A DNA stretch of 62,662 nucleotides, filler included, from Chiloscyllium plagiosum (Eukaryota): assembly GCF_004010195.1 (NCBI RefSeq). It is 3 parts of one record of this genome, joined end to end, with 100 filler letters (N's around TTAATTAATTAA, not from the genome) between each part and the next. Parts side by side here need not be neighbours in the genome. Positions count along the whole stretch, not along the records: positions 1 to 30,526 come from NC_057711.1; 2 more parts are not named here. The stretch is one strand, 5' to 3'. Shown one piece after another: positions 12,995 to 25,170 of the stretch. The position numbers and the translations under genes were made by a program. Numbering within the stretch: the stretch's first letter is position 1; the number at the start of each line of letters is the position of its first letter. The notes below the pieces were generated by a model that worked only from the letters and a program-made list of their open reading frames with translations, ran no database searches and had not been told where the DNA came from.

Positions 12995-13220
12995 AAGTTT
13001 GGGAGAAGATTTGTAGCTCGGGTGCTCGTTGTTGTGGTTCTGTTCGCCGAGCTGGGAATTTGTGTTGCAGATGTTTCATCCCCTGTCTAGGTGACATCCT
13101 CAGTGCTTGGGAGCCTCCTGTGAAGCGCTTCTGTGATCTTTCCTCCGGCATTTGTAGTGGTCTGTCTCTGCCGCTTCCAGTTGTCAGTTCCAGCTGTCCG
13201 CTGCAGTGGCCGGTATATTG
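12995..13220 (-). mobile_element. Poseidon-like PLE 3' fragment with a hammerhead motif (13066-13106), TSD GGCTGATCA
   Basis: Minus strand 'PIYRPL' C-terminal codons, then 'gcaCTGAGGAtgtcacctagacaggggatGAAAcatctgca'. 9-bp direct repeats at 12986-12994 and 13220-13228. Confidence 0.7.
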
Positions 13221-13409
13221 GCTGATCATCCAACAGAGGCCCCTGCTTTCTCCCTGTAACCTGTAGCATCTAAAGTATTTAGAAAGCTGATGTTATTGCT
13301 GAAAGCCTGATAACGATAAAGATGCTTAATGGTCATCTTCAGATCTGGTATAAGTCATTTTCTTTGATCTTGTGAAATGTGAAGTGATAGGATTAGAATG
13401 ATGGTCCAC

Positions 13410-14135
13410 TCATCCAGCCTCAGTCATAACAGCCCTGTAGCTCAGGCACTGCGGAGGTTAGCAATGCTGTCAGGGATAACTGGGCTGACTGACATTGTCT
13501 TTGCATCATCCTTCTCTCCTTAGCCCACCATTGCCCAGCTCAGGTTAACCCTGTGTCGCCTGACACCAGACTCCCCAAAGCAGCCAAAAGAAAAAATGCT
13601 GGAAAATCTCAGCAGGTCTGGCAGCATCAGTAAGGAGAGAAAAGAGCTGACGTTTCGAGTCTGACTGACGCAGCTTTGACAAAGGGTCAGTTAGACTCAA
13701 AACGTCAGCTCTTTTCTCTCCTTACAGATGCTGCCAGACCTGCTGAGATTTTCCAGCATTTCCTCTTTTGGTTTCAGATTCCAGCATCCGCAGTAATTTG
13801 CTTTTTTCCCCAAGGCAGCCACTTGACTCGGTACCTGATTGCAAATCCAGGAGGAATCACTTTGGGAATTTCCCCAAAGACATCTTGAAGAGATCAAAGC
13901 TCAACACTGACTCACGGGAGACCCTGGTTTGTAACCAAACCCAAAACAGAGAAGGTTCCCTTGGGAAGGCAGTGAACAGCAAGAGACTTCATTGGGAAGG
14001 TGCAGGGGCGAAGGTAAGGTGTCAGAGGGAAAATACAACCCTTCAAACATCACCTACCCAAGAATCCACACATCACATGTCTATTGTGCACCTCAGGATC
14101 CATTGAACCCAAGTAGAAACCAGGCACTGTCAAAA
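13410..14135 (+). mobile_element. Decayed RTE-clade LINE 3' fragment interrupted by a palindromic PLE-tail insertion
   Basis: 'cctgacaccagactccccaaag' (PDTRLPK) and 'aaagacatcttgaagagatcaaagctcaacactgactcacgggagaccctg' resemble the RTE RT C-terminus. Confidence 0.55.
13587..13807. mobile_element. Palindromic PLE-tail element (second family), 14-bp TSD CCCCAARGCAGCCA
   Basis: Near-perfect inverted arms. Direct repeats at 13573-13586 and 13808-13821. Confidence 0.85.
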
Positions 14136-17100
14136 CCGAGGGAAACCAAGCACTGTCAAAACTGAGGGAAACCAGGCACTGTCAATATTGAGGGAAACCA
14201 GGCACTGTCAAAACTGAGGGAAACCAGGCACTGTCAATATTGAGGGAAACCAGGCACTGTCAAAACTGAGGGAAACCAGGCACTGTCAATATTGAGGGAA
14301 ACCAGGCACTGTCAAAACTGAGGGAAACCAGGCACTGTCAATATTGAGGGAAACCAGGCACTGTCAAAACTGAGGGAAACCAGGCACTGTCAATATTGAG
14401 GGAAACCAGGCACTGTCAAAACTGAGGGAAACCAGGCACTGTCAATATTGAGGGAAACCAGGCACTGTCAAAACTGAGGGAAACCAGGCACTGTCAATAT
14501 TGAGGGAAACCAGGCACTGTCAAAACTGAGGGAAACCAGGCACTGTCAATATTGAGGGAAACCAGGCACTGTCAAAACTGAGGGAAACCAGGCACTGTCA
14601 ATATTGAGGGAAACCAGGCACTGTCAAAACTGAGGGAAACCAGGCACTGTCAATATTGAGGGAAACCAGGCACTGTCAAAACTGAGGGAAACCAGGCACT
14701 GTCAATATTGAGGGAAACCAGGCACTGTCAAAACTGAGGGAAACCAGGCACTGTCAATATTGAGGGAAACCAGGCACTGTCAAAACTGAGGGAAACCAGG
14801 CACTGTCAATATTGAGGGAAACCAGGCACTGTCAAAACTGAGGGAAACCAGGCACTGTCAATATTGAGGGAAACCAGGCACTGTCAAAACTGAGGGAAAC
14901 CAGGCACTGTCAATATTGAGGGAAACCAGGCACTGTCAAAACTGAGGGAAACCAGGCACTGTCAATATTGAGGGAAACCAGGCACTGTCAAAACTGAGGG
15001 AAACCAGGCACTGTCAATATTGAGGGAAACCAGGCACTGTCAAAACTGAGGGAAACCAGGCACTGTCAATATTGAGGGAAACCAGGCACTGTCAAAACTG
15101 AGGGAAACCAGGCACTGTCAATATTGAGGGAAACCAGGCACTGTCAAAACTGAGGGAAACCAGGCACTGTCAATATTGAGGGAAACCAGGCACTGTCAAA
15201 ACTGAGGGAAACCAGGCACTGTCAATATTGAGGGAAACCAGGCACTGTCAAAACTGAGGGAAACCAGGCACTGTCAATATTGAGGGAAACCAGGCACTGT
15301 CAAAACTGAGGGAAACCAGGCACTGTCAATATTGAGGGAAACCAGGCACTGTCAAAACTGAGGGAAACCAGGCACTGTCAATATTGAGGGAAACCAGGCA
15401 CTGTCAAAACTGAGGGAAACCAGGCACTGTCAATATTGAGGGAAACCAGGCACTGTCAAAACTGAGGGAAACCAGGCACTGTCAATATTGAGGGAAACCA
15501 GGCACTGTCAAAACTGAGGGAAACCAGGCACTGTCAATATTGAGGGAAACCAGGCACTGTCAAAACTGAGGGAAACCAGGCACTGTCAATATTGAGGGAA
15601 ACCAGGCACTGTCAAAACTGAGGGAAACCAGGCACTGTCAATATTGAGGGAAACCAGGCACTGTCAAAACTGAGGGAAACCAGGCACTGTCAATATTGAG
15701 GGAAACCAGGCACTGTCAAAACTGAGGGAAACCAGGCACTGTCAATATTGAGGGAAACCAGGCACTGTCAAAACTGAGGGAAACCAGGCACTGTCAATAT
15801 TGAGGGAAACCAGGCACTGTCAAAACTGAGGGAAACCAGGCACTGTCAATATTGAGGGAAACCAGGCACTGTCAAAACTGAGGGAAACCAGGCACTGTCA
15901 ATATTGAGGGAAACCAGGCACTGTCAAAACTGAGGGAAACCAGGCACTGTCAATATTGAGGGAAACCAGGCACTGTCAAAACTGAGGGAAACCAGGCACT
16001 GTCAATATTGAGGGAAACCAGGCACTGTCAAAACTGAGGGAAACCAGGCACTGTCAATATTGAGGGAAACCAGGCACTGTCAAAACTGAGGGAAACCAGG
16101 CACTGTCAATATTGAGGGAAACCAGGCACTGTCAAAACTGAGGGAAACCAGGCACTGTCAATATTGAGGGAAACCAGGCACTGTCAAAACTGAGGGAAAC
16201 CAGGCACTGTCAATATTGAGGGAAACCAGGCACTGTCAAAACTGAGGGAAACCAGGCACTGTCAATATTGAGGGAAACCAGGCACTGTCAAAACTGAGGG
16301 AAACCAGGCACTGTCAATATTGAGGGAAACCAGGCACTGTCAAAACTGAGGGAAACCAGGCACTGTCAATATTGAGGGAAACCAGGCACTGTCAAAACTG
16401 AGGGAAACCAGGCACTGTCAATATTGAGGGAAACCAGGCACTGTCAAAACTGAGGGAAACCAGGCACTGTCAATATTGAGGGAAACCAGGCACTGTCAAA
16501 ACTGAGGGAAACCAGGCACTGTCAATATTGAGGGAAACCAGGCACTGTCAAAACTGAGGGAAACCAGGCACTGTCAATATTGAGGGAAACCAGGCACTGT
16601 CAAAACTGAGGGAAACCAGGCACTGTCAATATTGAGGGAAACCAGGCACTGTCAAAACTGAGGGAAACCAGGCACTGTCAATATTGAGGGAAACCAGGCA
16701 CTGTCAAAACTGAGGGAAACCAGGCACTGTCAATATTGAGGGAAACCAGGCACTGTCAAAACTGAGGGAAACCAGGCACTGTCAATATTGAGGGAAACCA
16801 GGCACTGTCAAAACTGAGGGAAACCAGGCACTGTCAATATTGAGGGAAACCAGGCACTGTCAAAACTGAGGGAAACCAGGCACTGTCAATATTGAGGGAA
16901 ACCAGGCACTGTCAAAACTGAGGGAAACCAGGCACTGTCAATATTGAGGGAAACCAGGCACTGTCAAAACTGAGGGAAACCAGGCACTGTCAATATTGAG
17001 GGAAACCAGGCACTGTCAAAACTGAGGGAAACCAGGCACTGTCAATATTGAGGGAAACCAGGCACTGTCAAAACTGAGGGAAACCAGGCACTGTCAATAT

Positions 17101-17540
17101 TGAGGGAAACCAGGCACTGTCAAAACTGAGGGAAACCAGGCACTGTCAATATTGAGGGAAACCAGGCACTGTCAAAACTGAGGGAAACCAGGCACTGTCA
17201 ATATTGAGGGAAACCAGGCACTGTCAAAACTGAGGGAAACCAGGCACTGTCAATATTGAGGGAAACCAGGCACTGTCAAAACTGAGGGAAACCAGGCACT
17301 GTCAATATTGAGGGAAACCAGGCACTGTCAAAACTGAGGGAAACCAGGCACTGTCAATATTGAGGGAAACCAGGCACTGTCAAAACTGAGGGAAACCAGG
17401 CACTGTCAATATTGAGGGAAACCAGGCACTGTCAAAACTGAGGGAAACCAGGCACTGTCAATATTGAGGGAAACCAGGCACTGTCAAAACTGAGGGAAAC
17501 CAGGCACTGTCAATATTGAGGGAAACCAGGCACTGTCAAA
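14116..17540. repeat. Tandem array of 26-bp monomers forming a 52-bp A/B dimer (GGGAAACCAGGCACTGTCAAAACTGA / GGGAAACCAGGCACTGTCAATATTGA), ~130 monomers
   Basis: Direct reading; strict alternation from ~14165 to 17540. Confidence 0.98.
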
Positions 17541-17716
17541 CTTCCACCTATTGCATTTCCAAAGCCCCTCCCCCAAGTCCCTCCTCCCTACCTTTTATCT
17601 TAGCCTGCTGGACACACTTTCTTCATTCCTGAAGAAGGGCGTATGCCCGAAACGTCGATTCTCCTGTTCCTTGGATGCTGCCTGACCTGCTGCGCTTTTC
17701 AGCAACACACTTTCAG
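17541..17716 (+). mobile_element. PLE 3'-end fragment with hammerhead inserted into the satellite
   Basis: Matches 30820-30995 and is flanked on both sides by 'gcactgtcaaa' array sequence. Confidence 0.85.
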
Positions 17717-17865
17717 CACTGTCAAAACTGAGGGAAACCAGGCACTGTCAAAACTGAGGAAAACCAGGCACTGTCAAAACTGAGGAAAACCAGGCACTCT
17801 CAATATTGAGGGAAACCAAACACTGTCAATATTGAGGGAAACCAGGCACTATCAATACTGAGGGA
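17716..17865. repeat. Degenerate continuation of the 26-bp array (~6 units)
   Basis: Same monomer with point variants. Confidence 0.95.
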
Positions 17866-18159
17866 CTACTCGCAGGAAGAAAAATGGTTAGCATGGGATA
17901 TCCATTGCTAAAAGTCCTTTCCAACATTTCAACTAATCCTTTGTTTATGTGACAAGATATGCCCATCCTAATTTCATGTATTGGTCCTTCCATCTGTTTG
18001 TGAGCTGTTACGACATCTCATTTTGTGAAGTGCTGATTGTGTAATGCGAGTTGAATTCAGTCTGTCTTGAGACAGTATTGTGGTCACACAGACATTTGCA
18101 ACTGGACATGTTGTGTGGGTCACAAACTCAGAGCTGGGGCCATGAGGTCATGAATATCA

Positions 18160-18752
18160 GAATATGGGGTGTCTTGGTGCATTTAGACAGGGCCTTGGTG
18201 AGGCCACACCTTGAGTATTGTATGCAGTTTTGGTCTCCTAGTCTGAGGAGGGACATTGTTGCCATTGAGGGAGTCCAGCGAAGGTTCACCAGACTGATCC
18301 CTGGGATGACAAATGAGGAAAGACTGGATCGACTGGGCTTGTACTCACTCGAGTTTTGAAGAATGAGGGGAGGGTCTCATAGAAACATATAAAATCCTGA
18401 TGGTATTGGACAGGCTAGATGTGGGAAGAATGTTCCCAATGTTGGGGATGTCCAAAACTACGGGTCACAATCTAAGAATAAGGGGTAAGCCATTCAGGGC
18501 TGAGATGAGGAAGAATTTCTTCACTGAGAGAATTCTGAACCTATAGAATTCTCTCTCACAGGAGGTTGTTCGGGCCATTTCGTTAGATATATTCAAGAGG
18601 GAGCTGGACGTGGCCCTGGCGGCTAAAGAGATCAAAGGGTATGGGGAGAAGGCGGGAATGGGATACTGAGATTGCATGGCCAGCCACGATCATATTGAAT
18701 TGTGAGCAGGTTTGAAGGGCCGAATAGCCTACTCCTGCACTTATTTTCTATG
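18160..18752 (+). mobile_element. CR1 LINE 3' fragment
   Basis: '[17 protein letters not shown]...[12 protein letters not shown]' followed by a CR1 3'UTR. Confidence 0.9.
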
Positions 18753-20527
18753 AATCTCAGTTCCGCGTTAGGCCCTGGTCAGCCAGCGGTGTTATATCCC
18801 AGCCTGCCTGGATTCTCTACATTGAGACAAAGACCCTGTCTGACAATTTTGGAGGATTCCCATTCCTTGAGTATTTGCAAGACAAGGTCAACAGATTTCT
18901 GGGGGTTAAAGGACTTTGGGATGTTGTAAGAAAGTAGAGTTAATCTAAAATATCAAGGCATAATCTTATTAAAACCAGCTCCAGGAGCTGATGGACTAAC
19001 CATGTTCTATCTTCTTATAGTGTCCCGTCTTTGGGCCTTAAATAAAAAGCTCTTGTGATGTGAGGGTGTGATTTATTTAGATTCCAGACTTATTTATTTT
19101 AGAGTTTGGATCTTGAACATGTGGGTTATAATCTGTGTGTATGAGGGGGTTTAATGATTAAGTTATCATCATTTCTGGAGTTATCTTTCTTTTTAAAACC
19201 AGTGTGGGAGAGAGTCCCTGGGTGATAGCAGGTGTTTGTTTTGTATTGGGAGTTGACAAGCATGTTTTTCTATTCATTTGGACATGGGCATTGTCAGCTC
19301 TGTCAGCATTGATTCCCTATCTCTAGTTGCTCCTTGAACCTTCTAGAATCTTCTTACTTTCAAGATGTATCAACCCAAAACATTAACTCTGATTTCTCTC
19401 CACAGATGCTGCCAGACCTACTGGGCTTTTCCAGCAATTTTTACACTTGTCCCTGTCCTTAATTCATATGCTTGAATCTTCTTTTTTTTAACTTCAGGGT
19501 TTTAGCTGAAAGCTCCAGACCAGAAGTGTTTGGTTAGAATACAGAGGGATTCTTTGAAGCTGAGAAAATCTAAGCTGTCAAACTAATCAAGAGACCCACC
19601 TCTCAAGACTGAGAATTGAAAGAAACCATTAAATCAAGTTTATAACTGTGATGGAGAAGGGATTCTCTCTGGTGTTTGAGTTATAGAAAGGGTGGCTACT
19701 GAGATACATGGGAGTGTGTTATTCCTCAACATTTCAAAATCTCTCAGTTTGCATCATATGAAAATAACTTTGTTTGTTCAATATTGCCTTCCTTTCCTTT
19801 CTCAGATTTAATCTTGGAACTCAGTCTGTAGCGTTGTGTGCTTATATTTCTGTGAAAAACTATCACATTAATATTTTTTAAAAAGATCTATCAAGCTAGA
19901 TTTCAGCCTGAGACCTGAACTTGTGCAGTAATAACATCAGCTGGGATTGTAATTCCATTATTGTTAAATTTCCCAGGCAAGAGCTGGGAGACTCCTCTGG
20001 AGGACAGAGAGAAATTCAGACAACATTCCCATGAACCGTCAGCATGGGTTCGAATCCCTCCATGGCAGATGGTGGAATTTGAATTCAAAAAAAGTCTGGA
20101 ATTAAGAGTCTAATGATGGGCATGGATCTATTGTCGATTGTTGGAAAAACCCATCTGGTTCACTAATGTCCTTTTAGGGAAGGAAACTGCCTTCCTTACC
20201 TGGTCTGGGCCTACACGTGACTCCAGACCCACAGCAATGTCAACTGCCCTCTGAAATGGCCTTAGCAAACCACTCAGCTCAAAGGCAATGAAGGACAGGT
20301 GATAAATGCTGGCCATCCAGTGATGCCCCCATCCCACAAGTGAATTAAAGAAAAAAATCCAGCATTTTCTGTTTGGATTTCAGATATCCAGCTTCTGCAG
20401 GATTTTGCTTTGCCCTTAGTGCCTTCTTGTTTTTGAAACGTAAGAAATAGGAGCAGGAGTAGGCCATTCGGCCCCTCAAGTCTGCTGCACCGTTCAATAT
20501 GATCATGGCTGATCACCCAACTCAGTA

Positions 20528-20745
20528 TGACGGTTCTGTAATAACGCGTGTTTCTTCAATGTGAATTGGCTTTAATGCAATTGAAGACTTTTAACCGTTA
20601 TTTGTAGAACGTGAACTTGCCTCACCTGTGTGGGCTACAACACAAGTCTGGTTCCATTTGTTTAAATGGTGTGGCTATCACGCTATTTTTTCGGATAATG
20701 CGAGATCGCACGGGAATGGGGCTATTGCACTATAGCAGTACCATG
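20528..20745. mobile_element. Non-autonomous DNA transposon (pogo/Tigger-like MITE) inserted in a CR1 tail
   Basis: Imperfect TIRs 'ggttctgtaataacgcg' ... 'tgcactatagcagtacc'; interrupts a CR1 3'UTR on the minus strand. Confidence 0.5.
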
Positions 20746-21377
20746 TTTCCATTTTCTCCCCATACTTTTAGTCCTGAGAACTGTACCTAACTCTTTCTTG
20801 GAAATTATATCGCTTTCCTTCTTGGTTTTCTGAAAAACATTCCTCACACCCCCACAAAAATGTGGAGTTAGCCATCAGTATGCCTTGGGACAGCAGTGGT
20901 GCAATGGTAATGCTGTTGGGTTCGTAAACCCAGTGGCCGAGATAGATAGTCTGATGTGGTGGGTTGGATTCCCATCACAGGAACTGCTGCACTTCAAATA
21001 TGTAAACTTAGAATTCAAGTAGATGTTTAGTGGTACAGAATTTAGAGTATTGTTGAAAATAAACATATTTTCTACAGTGCACTGCCTGGAAGTCTTGGGA
21101 AAGAGTCGAACTTTCAAAGAATACTTGGATGAGCACGAGAAATGTAGTAGCATTCAACGCTACATGCCCAGTGCTGGAAGGTGGGATGAGTGTAGATGGA
21201 TTGGGACAGAGTTGATGGTCTGAAGAGCCTCTTCTTTCCTCTAAGCCACTGACGCCCATTAGGGGATTAAACCAAGTCTTCAATGCTTCACTCTTTGGGT
21301 GAAAAAGGAAGAAGGTCATTGAGGAAGCTGTGATTTCAGCCTCGGCTTCCTGCCCACGGTAAACTTCAATCTCCAGG

Positions 21378-21570
21378 TTGGAAGTCTCACAGCACCAGGT
21401 CATAGTCCAACGGGTGTATTGGAAGTCACAAGCTGCTACCTCATCACCTGGTGACTAGGTAATGCTTGGAAAGCTTGTGATTTCTGATGAACCTGTTGGA
21501 CTATAACCTGGTGTTGTGTGACTTCTGACCACGTCCATCCCAGTCCAACTCCAGCTCCTCCGCATCATGA
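21378..21570. mobile_element. Degenerate palindromic element of a third PLE-tail family
   Basis: 'caccaggtcatagtccaacgggt' versus 'acctgttggactataacctggtg'; related to 38776-38865 and 57661-57750. Confidence 0.65.
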
Positions 21571-22267
21571 CATAAACCTCAGTGCGTCAAGGTCTGCTCA
21601 GAGGCTCCACCAGAATGATCCAGCAGGTTTCAGAATGAGGCTGTGTTGACCTCTTCCTACTGCCTGGAATGAAAGTTCTTCAGCTGCTGAAAGTGCCCTA
21701 CATGGTTTGCAGACTGAAAAGCAGGAGGGGGCTATTTCAGAAATAGAATGGAGATGTACTGAACAGTCAACAATAATCTGCTGCAGATACCAGGCTGCTC
21801 GACAATCGAAGCCATCACACTGATTCGACATACTTTCACCACAGCACAAACACGGTAGGAATCTCCTGACCTCTTTATCTGGAGAGAATGCAACTGGATT
21901 TAGAGGGAGTGCAACCATGCAAAAACTAATGAGAGCTGTCTCGAACAAAGTCTGGTCTTGATTGGTTCATGTTAATGGGAACGGGCAGCTCTAGGGTCTG
22001 GTGCAGAGAAGTGTTGCAGAGACAGTGCAGGCAAGGACATGCCTGCGCTAATGGCCAAGATAATGATGGCTTCATTCGATTTGAGAGTTTGGTTTTCCAG
22101 AAAGTGGGGTTGTGGGTTTTAATCTGCTTCAATGCCTCAGAGGCTAACAGCAGCAACGAGACAGAAACAGATATTTCACTGAGAAAAACAACACAACATT
22201 AAAGAGTAAACACTGAACATTAAACATTACGTTTGGATTAATGGGGGCTCCAAAAAATAAGGGAGGC

Positions 22268-23097
22268 AGCTTTCCTCTGTATCTAACCCCATGCTGTCCC
22301 TGTGCTGGGAGTGTTTGATGGGGAACAGTGTAGAGAGAGCTTTACTCTGTATCTAACCCTGTGCTGTCCCTGTCCTTGGAGTGTTTGATAGGGACAGTGT
22401 AGAGAGAGCTTTACTCTGTTACTAACCCTGTGCTGTCCCTGTCCTGGGAGTGTTTGATGGGGAACAGTGTAGAGAGAGCTTTACTCTGTATCTAACCCCA
22501 TGTTCTCCATGTCCTGGGAGTGTTTGATGGGGGACAGTGTAGAGGGAGCATTACTCTGTATCTAACCCTGTGCTGTCCCTGTCCTGGGAGTATTTAATGG
22601 GGACAGTGTAGAGGGAGCATTACTCTGTATCTAACCCTGTGCTGTCCCTGTCCTGGGAGTGTTTGATGGGAGACAGTGTAGAGGGAGCTTTACTCTGTAT
22701 CTAACCCCATGCTGTCCCTGTTCTGGGGGTATTTGATGGGGGACAGTGTAGAGGGAGCTTAACTCTGTATCTAACCCCATGCTATCCCTGTCCTGGGAGT
22801 GTTTGATGGGGGACAGTGTAGAGGGAGCTTTACTCTGTATCTAACCCTGTGCTGTCCCTGTCCTGGGAGTATTTAATGGGGACAGTGTAGAGGGAGCATT
22901 ACTCTGTATCTAACCCTGTGCTGTCCCTGTCCTGGGAGTGTTTGATGGGGGACAGTGTAGAGGGAGCTTTACTCTGTATCTAACCCCGTACTGCCCCTGA
23001 CCTGGGAGTGTTTGATGGGGACAGTGTAGAGGGAGCTTTACTCTGTATCTAACCCCATGCTGCCCCTGTCCTGGGAGTGTTTGATGGGGACCGTGTA
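22268..23097. repeat. 69-70-bp minisatellite (TACTCTGTATCTAACCCYGTGCTGTCCCTGTCCTGGGAGTGTTTGATGGGGACAGTGTAGAGGGAGCTT) x ~12
   Basis: Direct reading; the minus strand yields the repetitive peptide RVKLPLHCPHQTLPGQGQHG. Confidence 0.95.
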
Positions 23098-23699
23098 CAT
23101 AGTTTGACCTGTACGTTGTGCTAACATTTCTGGACATATAGATTACACAGTGCAATCCCAGGGCCAGCTGACCATGTGGTGTGGGATTTGTGTTCCTGCA
23201 AGATAAGGAGAGGCACGCAGGAATGATCTTGACCTCCCTGTTTCTCTGGCTGAATGATGATGCAAGCACCCAGTAAAACGATCGTTTGAGATGAGGTAAA
23301 GTGCTTAAGGAGAGTGACTGGTGACTCAGCACGATATCCTGAGCGGAAATTTGAATCGATTCATTAATGGGGAAATACTGTAACTCTGTGCCTGAGCAGG
23401 ATGTGCAGGATTTGAACTGACCACAAATGCAAACATAGGAGAAGGCTATTCGGCCCATCAATCCCTCTCCACCATTCAATATGATCATGGCTGATCATCT
23501 AACTCAGTCCCCTGTTCCCACTTTTTAACCCCATACCATTTGATCCCTTTAGCTCTAAGAACTGGATATAACTCCTTTGTGAAAATATTCAATCTTTTGC
23601 CCTCTATTGCAAAATTCCCCCAGGTTCACCACTGCCTGGGTCAAGATATTTCTCCTTACCATCCCCTGGATCTGGTCTTGCCAAAGGTAAATGGTTAAG

Positions 23700-24205
23700 G
23701 CCATAAAATATAGGAGCAGGAGTAGGCCATTCGGCCCATCGAGTCTGCTCCACCATTCAATGGTGTTGATCTGATCATCCCCAACCCCACTTTCCTGCCT
23801 TTCCCCCATAACCCTCGATCCCCTCCCTGATTAAAACTCTCTCTGTCTCAGCCTTGAATGACCCAGCCCCGACAGCCCTCAGTGGGAAAGACTCCCACAG
23901 ATTCACTCCCCTCCGAGGGAAGACATTCCTCCTCATCCCTGTCTCCAATGGGTGAGCCCTTATTCTGAGATGATTCCCTCTGGTCCTAGTCTCTCCCTCA
24001 CAAGGGGGAACACCCTTCCCACATCTCCCCCTGTCACATCCCCTGAGAATCCTGCACGTTTCAGTAAGGTCACCTCTCATCCTTCTAACCCCCAATGAGC
24101 TCCGGCCCAACCTCCTCAACCTCCCCTCACAGAACACTCCCTCCATCCCCGGGATCAGTGAGGGAACCTTCCCAGCACTGACTCCGATGTCAGTCCACCT
24201 TTTCT
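23700..24205 (-). mobile_element. CR1 LINE 3' fragment, near-identical to 10810-11305
   Basis: ORFs 23775-24221(-) and 10864-11319(+) give almost the same peptide. Confidence 0.9.
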
Positions 24206-24584
24206 TTGATAAAGGCCCCAAAGCTGTTTACAGAATTCCATTGGTGCAACTACTGCCTTCTTCCAAACCCATGGTCACTTCCATCTAGGAAGACAAGGGC
24301 AGCAGCTATATGGGAACACTACCTTCAAGTTCCCCTTCAAGTCCCTCCCCATCCTGACTTGGAAATATATCGCCGTTCTTTCAGTGTCACTGGGTCAGAA
24401 TCCTGGAATTCCCTCCCTCAGGGCATTGTGGGTCAACCCGCAGCGCATGGACTGCAGCGGGTCAGGAAGGCAGCTCACCCCCACCTTCTCAAGGGGCAAC
24501 TAGGGATGAGCAATAAATGCTGGGCCCAGCCAGCCATGAGTGAATTTAAGAAGCTCTCAGGGTGTCCTAGTGGAGTAGTTTTGA

Positions 24585-25170
24585 GATTGAATTGAATTGA
24601 ATTTATTGTCACCTGTACCGAGGCACAGTGAAAGGCTTTGTTTTGTGAGCAATACAGGCAGATCACAGAGTTAAGTAGCACAGATAGTAAATAATAGGTA
24701 AACAGCGGCAAAAACAAAAACACAGGTACAGGTGCGTGGTAAGAGTTTGTGAGTCCATTCAGCATTCTAACAACAGTAGGGTAGAAACTGTTTCGAAACA
24801 GGCTGGTGCATGTGTTCAGGCTTCTGTACTTTCTCCCTGATGGTAGAGGTTGTAGAAAAACATTGCCAGGGTGGGATGGATCTTTGAGAATGCTGGGGGC
24901 CTTTCCTTGACAGCGGGGCCTGGTAGATGGATTCTAAAGATGGGAGATTGGCCTTTGTGATCGTCCAGGCCGACTTTCTGTAACCATCTCTGATCTTGAA
25001 TGGCACAGTTGCCATACCAGGTAGTGAGACATCCAGACAGAATGTTCTCAATAGGCGCACCTATAAAAGTTGGCAAGAGTATTCACCGTCATGCCAAATT
25101 CCCTCAGCTGCCTGAGGAAGGAGAGACATTGCTGGGCCTTTGTAACCAGTGTGTCCACATGCGTCCACAT
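24585..25170 (-). mobile_element. Rex1/Babar-like LINE 3' fragment with (CAATT)n tail
   Basis: 'KAQQCLSFLRQL', 'IENILSGCLTTWYGNC'; same family as 39240-40388. Confidence 0.8.

Noticed and set aside
14116..17865. CRISPR-like array
   Set aside because: No unique spacers, no cas genes, and a vertebrate context; it is a simple dimeric tandem repeat.
22910..23488. 192-aa minus-strand ORF as a gene
   Set aside because: It begins in a CR1 tail and ends in the 70-bp minisatellite, with no recognisable domain.
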